Positions 18,968 to 27,117 of a stretch of DNA of 64,000 nucleotides are shown here, in pieces. A model generated the notes under the pieces. That model saw nothing but the letters and a program-made list of their open reading frames with translations, was not told where the DNA came from and did no database searches. Within the stretch, counting starts at the first letter, position 1. Every line of letters begins with the position of its first letter. The position numbers and the translations under genes were made by a program. This DNA comes from Spirochaetia bacterium (GTDB lineage: Bacteria > Spirochaetota > Spirochaetia > SZUA-6 > Bin103): NCBI GenBank assembly GCA_965199955.1, contig CBDATQ010000001.1:1024001-1088000 (forward strand). Direction: 5' to 3'.

Positions 18968-20404
18968 TTGGCATTCAAGGATCTGATGTCGTTCGACTTC
19001 AAGGACCAGAAGAAGGTCCGCTACGGCGGCTACGCCACGCTGGTCTCCCTGATCGCGGTGGCGGCGCTGGTGCTGGTCAACCTGGTGGTCGACCAGCTCG
19101 ACATCGAGTTCGACCTGACCGAGAGCGGCATCTACTCGCTGTCCGAGCAGTCCAGGCAGGTGGCCGACGGGATCGAGGAGCCGGTGACCATCTACGGCGT
19201 CTACGCCCTGGGCGACGAGAACCCGGAAATCGACGACATCCTCAACCTGTACGCCGACCGCTCGAAGAACATCACCGTCAAGACCCTCGACCCCGAGCGC
19301 AGTCCCACGCAGGCCGACCGCTTCGACGACGAGGGCGGCCTGCGGGCCGGTGACCTTGTGGTGGCGACCGAGAACAAGCACCGCGTTATCAGCGTCTTCT
19401 CGCTGCGGCTGACGCAGAACAACCGCCAGATCGGGCTCAACGTCGAGCAGCAGGTCACCTCCGCGCTGCTGTTCGTGACCTCCGACCAGGACCCCAAGAT
19501 CTACTCGATCATCGGCCACCGCGAGCAGAACGTCACCGCCCTGGGGCTGCGGCCGATCCTGGAGATCGAGAACTTCGCGCTGGAGGACCTGAATCTGCAG
19601 CAGGTGGAAGCGGTCCCCGACGACGCGACGATCGTGATGGTCACCGCGCCGACCACCGACTACACCGAGGATGAGGTGGCCAAGCTGCGTGCCTACCTGG
19701 AAGGCGGCGGCAAGGCGATCTTCGCGCTCAGCAAGGTCACGGACGTCGACATGGTGAACCTCAACGGCCTGCTGCGCAGCTACGGCGTGCAGTTTCGAGA
19801 CGACTGGGTGTTCGAGCAGGACGCGCGCCGCCACCTGCCGAACCAGCCCAACCTGCTGGTGCCGGAGGTGGTAAGCCACCCGATCACCTCGCCCATCTCG
19901 CTCGACCGGCGGCTGGTCCTGATGCCGGCGCCGGCGTGGATCGAGGAGCTGGAGGTGCGCCGCCGGTCGCTGGAGATCCAGTCGCTGCTGCAGAGCTCCC
20001 CGGAGGCGTTCGCGCGCGCCGAGATCATCACCACCGAGAGCGGTGAGCTGCTGCCCCAGGAAGGCGACCCGCGCGGGCCGTTCAACCTAGGGGTCACCGT
20101 CACCGACCCCGCGCCGACCGTCGAGGGCGACGACACGCGCATCGTCGTGCTGTCCACCGCCTTCTTCCTGCGCGGCGATTTTCAGCAGAACTTTCCCGGC
20201 AACGTCGACCTGATCGTGAACAGCATCAACTGGGTCTTCGAACGGGAGGAGACGATCTCCGTGCGCCCCAAGTTCACGCTGATGCTGCCGCTGCGGCTCA
20301 ACAGCCTGTCGACCTGGATCTTCACCGGCGCGGTCGTCGTGGTGGTGCCGCTGATCGTGCTCGGCGCCGGGCTGGTGGTCTGGCTGCGGCGCCGGCACCT
20401 GTAG
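18968..20404 (+). CDS. GldG-like ABC auxiliary protein
   Basis: N-terminal TM, DLT..IYSLSEQS, GHRE, LRAYLEGGGK, NSINW, C-terminal TM ending WLRRR. Confidence 0.85.
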   Translation: MAFKDLMSFDFKDQKKVRYGGYATLVSLIAVAALVLVNLVVDQLDIEFDLTESGIYSLSEQSRQVADGIEEPVTIYGVYALGDENPEIDDILNLYADRSKNITVKTLDPERSPTQADRFDDEGGLRAGDLVVATENKHRVISVFSLRLTQNNRQIGLNVEQQVTSALLFVTSDQDPKIYSIIGHREQNVTALGLRPILEIENFALEDLNLQQVEAVPDDATIVMVTAPTTDYTEDEVAKLRAYLEGGGKAIFALSKVTDVDMVNLNGLLRSYGVQFRDDWVFEQDARRHLPNQPNLLVPEVVSHPITSPISLDRRLVLMPAPAWIEELEVRRRSLEIQSLLQSSPEAFARAEIITTESGELLPQEGDPRGPFNLGVTVTDPAPTVEGDDTRIVVLSTAFFLRGDFQQNFPGNVDLIVNSINWVFEREETISVRPKFTLMLPLRLNSLSTWIFTGAVVVVVPLIVLGAGLVVWLRRRHL

Positions 20405-20413
20405 GGTTCGACG

Positions 20414-21790
20414 GTGAAGCGCGGCATCCTGCTGGCCGTCTTCGGCGTCGCGGTCGCGGCGCTGGTCGGCGCGTACCTGTTCCTGATCAACCGTCCGCCG
20501 CCGCCTCTTCCGCCGCTCCCGGACGACAACGTCAAGGTACACCAGGTTCCGGACGAGGAAATCCTGGAGATCGACCTGCGCACCCCCGACACCGGGCTGT
20601 CGCTGCGCCGGAACGAAGACGCGAGCTGGTTCGTACCCGGGCACGAAGACGCGGACCTCGACCCGAACCGGATCCTGACGATCGTGTCCATGTTCGCCCG
20701 GCTCTGGGCGCGCGACGTGATCGCCGAGAATCCGGACGACCTGTCGATCTACGGCCTTGACCGCGGCGACATCGTCGGCCGGATCAAGCTGGCCGACGGC
20801 ACCGAGCGCACCGTCACGTTCGGCGACCGCACGCCGAGCCGCAACACCGACTACATCATGATCGACGGCGATCCGCGCGTGTTCACGGTCTGGCAGAACA
20901 ACAAGAACCAGATGGCGTGGACGATCGAGGACCTGCGCGTGCGCCGCCTGCCGCGGGTGGAGACCGCCAGCGTCAATCGGCTGAAGGTGGTCAACGAGCA
21001 CGGCACCACGGAGATCGTCCGCTACTTCGAGCCGCACGGGATGCCGCACGTGATGTCGCGCGACGTCATGGTGCAGCCGTACGCCATGCAGCGCGGCGCC
21101 GATGGCGAGAAGGTCGAGGAGCTGATCAACGCCGCATCGGCCATCCGCGTGGACGAGTTCGTCGCCGACGGAGCCGACGACCCGGCCGCGTACGGGCTGG
21201 CGCCGCCGAGCATGGAGATCGTCGTCAACCACGGCCGGGGCGTCCTGCACCTGCAGTTCGGCTCGGGCTACGGCCGCGACCGGCTGTACGTGAAGCAGGC
21301 CCAGGACCCGAAGATCTACGGCATCGACGCGCGCGACGTGCAGCGCTTCATGGACGTCGTGCCGTTCGACCTGGTCAGCCGCTTCCTGGCGCTGGTCATC
21401 ATCACCGCGATCGACCTGGTGACCGTGGAGATCGGCGAAGAGTCCTATACGCTCGACGTCATTCCCGCCGCCGAGGACGGTGAGGAGGAGACCTTCACCC
21501 TGAACGGCGCCGCCATCGCGGAGGATCCCGCCAAGAAGCTGTACCAGGCGATCATCGGGCTGCTCGCGGACATCGAGCTGCCCGGCGAGGCCCCCGCGGG
21601 CGAGCCGACGATCCGCATCGGCTACGTGCTGGACCCCGGGCCGCCGGAACGTATTGACGTCGGCCTGATCCCCTACGACCAGGACTTCTACGCCGCCGAC
21701 GTCGACGGTGCCCGCGAGTTCCTGATCTCCGCACGGGAAGTCCAGCGGTTGCCGGACGCGATCCAGCTCGCTCTGACCCAGACCGAGTAG
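20414..21790 (+). CDS. DUF4340 domain-containing protein
   Basis: N-terminal TM, two repeats containing YGL..P; follows gldA/F/G-like genes. Confidence 0.75.
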   Translation: MKRGILLAVFGVAVAALVGAYLFLINRPPPPLPPLPDDNVKVHQVPDEEILEIDLRTPDTGLSLRRNEDASWFVPGHEDADLDPNRILTIVSMFARLWARDVIAENPDDLSIYGLDRGDIVGRIKLADGTERTVTFGDRTPSRNTDYIMIDGDPRVFTVWQNNKNQMAWTIEDLRVRRLPRVETASVNRLKVVNEHGTTEIVRYFEPHGMPHVMSRDVMVQPYAMQRGADGEKVEELINAASAIRVDEFVADGADDPAAYGLAPPSMEIVVNHGRGVLHLQFGSGYGRDRLYVKQAQDPKIYGIDARDVQRFMDVVPFDLVSRFLALVIITAIDLVTVEIGEESYTLDVIPAAEDGEEETFTLNGAAIAEDPAKKLYQAIIGLLADIELPGEAPAGEPTIRIGYVLDPGPPERIDVGLIPYDQDFYAADVDGAREFLISAREVQRLPDAIQLALTQTE

Positions 21791-21830
21791 ATAGCCGGTC
21801 GGTCCGCGGGCGAAGAGAGCAGCCGCCGGA

Positions 21831-22497
21831 ATGATCCCCGCAACCGCGGAACTGCGCGATGCCGGCTTTCCGGCCTGCTGCGCTTCTACCGCGAGCACCT
21901 GACCGACACGTGATGCCGTTCTGGGTCGACCGGGCGATCGACCGCGAGCACGGCGGCGTTACCAACATCATCACCGATGACGGAGGGGTGACCTCGACGG
22001 AGAAGTACCTGTGGTCGCAGGGCCGGGCGCTGTTCACCTTCGCCAGCCTGTACAACGACTTCGACGGCGATCGCGCGTGGCTGGAGATGGCCGGGCCGGT
22101 CGCAGCGTTCCTGCTCCGGCACGGTCGCGACGACGCGGGCAGGTGGCACTTCGCCCTGCACCGCGACGGCAGCGTGTCGCGGCTTCCGGCCAGCGTCTAC
22201 GTCTACGTCTACGTCTACGCCGCCTACGGGCTCCGAGAGTACGAGCGCGCTACGGGTGACCGCGCCGCACTGGACGCCTCGCTGCAGACGTTGCGCCGGC
22301 TCGATCCGCTGCTGGAACGCCACGAGGAACTGCCGACGGAGCCGCACGCGATTTCTCCGCCGTTCGCCGCGCACGGCGTCTGGATGATGTTCGCGATGGT
22401 GTTCGACCACGTCGGCCGCATCGCCGGCGACGATGCGTTGTGCGCGCGGGCGGTGGAGCTTGCCGAACGCGTGTTCGCCTGGCACGTGCACCCGGAG
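21831..22497 (+). pseudogene. N-terminal half of an AGE-family (N-acylglucosamine 2-epimerase-like) gene, frameshifted and truncated
   Basis: LLRFYREHLTD / VMPFW..AIDREHGG, KYLWSQGR; two apparent 1-bp deletions near 21870 and 21907; C-terminal catalytic half absent. Confidence 0.75.
22195..22218 (+). repeat. (GTCTAC)x4 microsatellite encoding VYVYVYVY
   Basis: Four perfect copies. Confidence 0.9.
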
Positions 22498-22824
22498 CTG
22501 GAGGACGTGCTGCGCGCGCTGGGAGCTCACCGGCGGGACATCATGCTCAAGGTCGGCATCCCGCGCGCGCTGCCGTACTTCTTCGGCTCCCTGAAGGTGG
22601 CGATCACGCTGGCGTTCGTCGGCTCGGTGATCTCCGAGACGGTGGCCGCCAATGTCGGCATCGGTCACATGCTGCCGATCGCACAGGCCAACTTCGAGGT
22701 GCCGCTGGTGTTCGCCGGCCTGTGGGCGCTGGCCGTCGAGGGAATCGGCATGTATGCCGCCTTCGCCTGGCTGGAGCGTCGTCTCACCGGCTGGGCCTTC
22801 CGCCGCGACGCGGCCAACGCCTGA
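22492..22824 (+). pseudogene. C-terminal fragment of a NitT/TauT-type ABC permease, fused in frame to the AGE fragment
   Basis: PELEDVLRALGA (EAA loop) ..KVGIPRALPYFFGSLKVAITLAFVGSVISE..GIG..LERR. Confidence 0.8.
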
Positions 22825-22831
22825 TCGCCCG

Positions 22832-23854
22832 ATGGAGTTCCGGCAGCTCGGCACGACCGGCATCCACGCGTCGGCGCTCTGCATCGGCGTGGCGTTTCGT
22901 GGCCGTCAGCACCGCGGGCTCTCGGATGAGCACTGCATGGCCACGATCGAACGGGCGGTCGATCTGGGCATCAACTTCCTCGACTGCGCCAACGTGTACG
23001 GCCGTGGATGGAGCGAGGAGCTCCTGGGGCGGACCGTCAAGCGCCTGGGCGGGCGTGACCGGCTCGTGATCACTACCAAGGTGGGCCAGGCGATGGGCGA
23101 CGCGCCGTCCGAGCGGGGGCTGTCGCGCGAGTACATCCTGGAACAGATCGACCGGAGCCTGCACCGCCTGCAGATGGACTACTTGGACATCTACCTCATG
23201 CACCAGCCTGACGCGACCGTGCCTCTGGAGGAGTCGCTGCGGGCGATGGACGACGCGGTACGGCAGGGCAAGGCCCGGCACGTGGGCGTGAGCAACCATC
23301 ACGCGGCGGAGGTCATGGAGATGCTCTGGACGGCCGAACGCGAGGGACTGGCCGCGCCGGCGATGCTCCAGTACCAGTACAGCCTGCTGCACCGGTGGCA
23401 CACCGAGTACGACCTGGCGCCGCTGTGCGAGCGGCATGGTCTGGGACTCATGACCTACAGCCCGCTCGCCATCGGCCTGCTCACCGGAAAGGTGCGCAGA
23501 GGCCGGCCGCTGCCGGCCGAAAGCTACTGGCGCGACAGCGCCGACGCGGACCGGGTCCTGGACTACGCCGAGCCCGTGATCGCCGCCCTGGTCGACGTCG
23601 CCCGCGAGCTGGGCAAGACGCCGGCGCAGGTGGCGATCGCCTGGCTGCTGGCGAACCCGGCGCTCAGTGCGCCGATCCTGGGGCCCGACCTGCCGGAGCA
23701 CGTCGACGAGGCGGTGGGGGCGGTCGGCTGGCGCCTGCCGCCGGAGCAGAAGGCACGGCTCGACGAGGCCTCCGCAGGCGGCGGCCCGTTCGTGATGAAC
23801 GCCGCAAGCCTGCGTCCCTTACCTCGCCGGGGTCCGGCAAGCGGCCCGCGGTGA
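22832..23854 (+). CDS. Aldo/keto reductase
   Basis: MEFRQLG, GINFLDCANVY, TTK, SLHRLQMDYLDIY.MH, GVSN, YSPLA.G.LTGK, AQVAIAW. Confidence 0.9.
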   Translation: MEFRQLGTTGIHASALCIGVAFRGRQHRGLSDEHCMATIERAVDLGINFLDCANVYGRGWSEELLGRTVKRLGGRDRLVITTKVGQAMGDAPSERGLSREYILEQIDRSLHRLQMDYLDIYLMHQPDATVPLEESLRAMDDAVRQGKARHVGVSNHHAAEVMEMLWTAEREGLAAPAMLQYQYSLLHRWHTEYDLAPLCERHGLGLMTYSPLAIGLLTGKVRRGRPLPAESYWRDSADADRVLDYAEPVIAALVDVARELGKTPAQVAIAWLLANPALSAPILGPDLPEHVDEAVGAVGWRLPPEQKARLDEASAGGGPFVMNAASLRPLPRRGPASGPR

Positions 23855-24835
23855 ACTCCGGCACCTGCCGCCGCTACCGGCGCCGAGCTGCGCGCCCTGT
23901 CGGCCGTCGACCTGGCGCTGTGGGACATCCTCGGCCAGGCGACCGGCCAGCCGATCCATCGCCTGCTGGGCGGGCCGGTGCGCGAGCGGGTGCGGGTCTA
24001 CAACAGTTGCGGCCACCCGAGCTACGGCGCCGGAGCGGGCGCGCACGGCTGGCCCGGCATGGGATCGGTCGGCGAGCCCGGCCCGCTGGCCGACACCTGG
24101 GCCCTGCACGAGCCGGCCGCGCTGGCCAGGGAGCTGGCCGGGCTGGGGTACACGGCGCTGAAGGTGTGGCCGTTCGACCGCGCGGCGATCGAAGGCGGGC
24201 CGGGGCTCATCGGCGCGGCGGACATCGACGAGGCGATGGGGCCGCTGCGCGCGATGCGCGACGCCTTCGGCTGGGACCTGGAGCTGCTGGTGGACGGGCA
24301 CGCCCACTTCCAGTTCCCGGCCGCGATGCGCATCGCCGAAGCGTTGCGGGAGGTCAGCCCGCTGTGGCTGGAGGACATCCTGAAGATGGACAATATCGGC
24401 ATGCTGGCCGAGTTCCGGGGGCAGAGCCGCATGCCGATCAGCGCCAGCGAGATGCTCCTGACCCGGCCCGACTACGCGGAGGTGCTCCAGCAGCGGGCCG
24501 CCGACTACACCATGATCGACCCCACCTGGTGGGCGGCATCTCCGAGGGCAGGCGCATCGCGGACATGGCGCAGGCCTACAATCTCCCGGTAAGCACCCAC
24601 GACTGCACCGGGCCGCTGACGCTGTACGCCGGCATCCATCTCAACGCCGCGCTACCCAACTGCGTGCTGCAGGAGACGGTGCGGGCGCACATCCACACCG
24701 TGTACCCCAAGCTCATCGACGAGGTTCAACAGGTCGCCGACGGCCACGTCGCGCTGCCGGCCCGGCCTAGGCGCGTCCATCAACGAGGAGTTCTTCGACC
24801 CGAAGCGCGAGTGGTATCGGGCGAGCTCGCCGTGA
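23855..24835 (+). pseudogene. Mandelate racemase/muconate lactonizing enzyme family gene; 5'-truncated with two frameshifts
   Basis: SAVDLALWDI.G..G.PIHRLLGG, KVWPF, WLED, DPTW/GGISE frameshift near 24530, HDCTGP, second shift near 24765 before GLGASINEE; no start or N-terminal domain. Confidence 0.8.
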
Positions 24836-25100
24836 CCGCCGGTGAGACCGGGCGGCCGCCCGACCTTCGGGCGACCCTTGCGCTGCGCTGCGGCGAGGCC
24901 ACGCTGCGCTGCCTGCGCGATGACGACGCGGAGCCGCTCGGAGCCTACTTCGCGCGTCTGTCAACGCGGACGCGGGACTTCTACGGACCGCACCGGTTCG
25001 ACCGGGAGACGGCGGACCGGCTCTGCAGGGAGACGCGCACCGACACGGAGGTCGTGCGGTTCGTGGTGACCGTGATCGACGGTGACGGCGCGCGGATCAT
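24832..25100 (+). pseudogene. N-terminal fragment of a GNAT-like acetyltransferase
   Basis: TLRCLRDDDAEPLGAYFARLS..TRDFYGPH resembles a GNAT N-terminus; no acetyl-CoA-binding motif follows. Confidence 0.5.
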
Positions 25101-25615
25101 CGTCGGCTTCCGGATGCAGGAGTCCGACACGAAGTGGGACCACGGCCTGGAAGCAGCGCGGCTGCTCGTCGGTCGGCTGAAAGGGACGCTCACGTCCCGC
25201 ATGGCCGCCGTGTTTCCGCCGGTGGCGATCAGCATCGACAAGCAGTGCACGGACCAGCCGCCGCTCGGCGTGCTCGTGGAGCGGATCGAGGCCATCCGCG
25301 CACGGCCGGAGATCCTCGCGGCAAGCCTCTGGCTGGGGTTCCCGTACGCCGACGTGGCCGAGATGGGCTCCGCGGTAACCGTGGTCTCCGACGGGGATGC
25401 GCTGGCTGCCGAGCAGGCGGCCGGGGAGATCGCGCGGGCGCTGTGGGACATGCGGGCAGAGCTGCAGGTGGACCTGCACGGCGAGCCCCTGGCGATCGAG
25501 GGACGGGTCCTCGACGTGTTCGACGGCCGCTTCCACGAACCGGAGGCCCGGCACGGCGGCGTCCACCACTACGACCAAGGGCGCACGGCGGTCGTCGAGA
25601 GCACGACCGGACGAT
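25098..25615 (+). pseudogene. Internal fragments of an M81 (MlrC-like) metallopeptidase with an internal deletion
   Basis: GLEAARLL, FPP.AI.I.KQCT, LGFPYADVAEMGSAV, LWDMR joined directly to HGEPL..G.V..DGRF.E...HGG..YDQG.TAVV. Confidence 0.7.
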
Positions 25616-25656
25616 GGATGCGGGTCATCCGGCTCCGCGCTTGCATGGTGTGGTGC

Positions 25657-27117
25657 TCACGGCTTGACCGTGCCGGAACCTCCGCCGAGGTGCGGGTAGA
25701 GGGGCTGCAGCGCTCCGCCGGCACGCTGATACGTGTCGAACAGCTCGGCGTACAGGTCGGCCAGCGAGCGGTCCGGCTCGAACTCACGCCCGGGCCGCAC
25801 CAGGGCCGCCGCCGCTGACGCCAGGTCGGCGAAGTGGCCTTCCGCGGTAAGCGCCACACAGGCGCAGCCGACCAGGTCGGCTTCCGGGTTGGCGAGTGTC
25901 CGCACCGGCACGCCGGTGACGTCGGCCTTGATCCGGTTCCAGGCGTCGTGGCGCGCGGGGCCGCCGCAGGCGGTCAGCTCCTGCACGCGGGACCCGTGCT
26001 CGGCCAGGATGGCGATGATCTGGCGGATCGCGAACCCGACCGACTCCAGCACCGCGCGCGCCATCTCGTTCCAGCCGTGCCGGAGGGTCAGCCCCAGGAA
26101 GGCGGCCGATGCCTCCGCGTTCCAGTGCGGGGTTCGTTCGCCCGACAGGTAGGGCAGGAACAGGGCGCGCCGCGCTCCGGCCGGCGCGGCGGCGCCGCGT
26201 TCCACCGCCGCGCTCACCGCCACGGGACTCGGCGATGCCGACTGCGCCAGCCAGGAAAGCGCACGGCCGCTGGCCGACGTCACGCCGCCGAGGTTGTGCA
26301 GCCCGTCGACCAGGTGTGGCAGGACGATCAGGCGCGGGTCGTCGACCGGCACGGGGCTGGCGTGGTTGATGCCCTCCGAGCTGCCGCTGCGGTCCAGGGT
26401 GCGGCCTGCACGGACCGTGGCCGACCCGATCAGCGCCATCTGGAAGTCGGCGGCGCCGGCGTACACGCGGGCGCCCGCGGCGATCCCGAACCGCTCGGCC
26501 GCCAGCCGGGTGACCGGCCCGATCTCCTCGCCGGCGACGGCGAACGGCGGGAAGCGCGCGGCGTGCAGGTCGAGCGCGGCCAGCGCCTCGTCCGACCAGT
26601 AGAACCGGTCGACGCCGTGGGCGCCGATCGCGGTGTGCGCGCAGCCGGTGAGCAGGAACACCACCCACTCCGCGCACGACAGCAGCCAGGCCGAGCGCTC
26701 GAACGTCGCCGGCCGCCAGCGCGCCAGCCACAGCGCCTTGGGCAGCGGAAAGGAGGCGTCCACGGCGATGCCGGTCCGTGCGGCCACCTCGCGCGCTTCC
26801 TGCCGGGCGCGGGCGTGCAGCCAGGTGAGCGCCGGACCGACCGGCTCGCCGGCGGCGTCGCACGGGATCAGCGTCGGCCCGTTGCCGGTGACGACGCATG
26901 CGGTCACGGCTCCGGCCGAACTCGAGAAATGCGCGATCGCCTCCTGCACGGCGCTCGACCAGACGTGCGCGTCGGTCTCCTCCCGCACCCCTTCCGCCAC
27001 CGGTGCGCGCCCGACGGTGATGCACGTGCCGGGCACGGTTGCGCCGCCCGCGTCTCGGTCGCGTGCGAACAGAGCGCACTTGACCGCGGTGGTGCCGATG
27101 TCGATCGCCAGGATCAT
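25657..27117 (-). CDS. FGGY-family carbohydrate kinase (xylulokinase-like)
   Basis: LAIDIGTTAVK, FLPYLSGERTP.W, RAVLES, GGPA...WNRIKADV.G. Confidence 0.88.
   Translation of the reverse strand: MILAIDIGTTAVKCALFARDRDAGGATVPGTCITVGRAPVAEGVREETDAHVWSSAVQEAIAHFSSSAGAVTACVVTGNGPTLIPCDAAGEPVGPALTWLHARARQEAREVAARTGIAVDASFPLPKALWLARWRPATFERSAWLLSCAEWVVFLLTGCAHTAIGAHGVDRFYWSDEALAALDLHAARFPPFAVAGEEIGPVTRLAAERFGIAAGARVYAGAADFQMALIGSATVRAGRTLDRSGSSEGINHASPVPVDDPRLIVLPHLVDGLHNLGGVTSASGRALSWLAQSASPSPVAVSAAVERGAAAPAGARRALFLPYLSGERTPHWNAEASAAFLGLTLRHGWNEMARAVLESVGFAIRQIIAILAEHGSRVQELTACGGPARHDAWNRIKADVTGVPVRTLANPEADLVGCACVALTAEGHFADLASAAAALVRPGREFEPDRSLADLYAELFDTYQRAGGALQPLYPHLGGGSGTVKP

Noticed and set aside
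23395..25818. 807-aa ORF as a novel multidomain protein
   Set aside because: The first roughly 380 aa are an off-frame shadow of the AKR and enolase genes. The rest strings together the pseudogene fragments already described.
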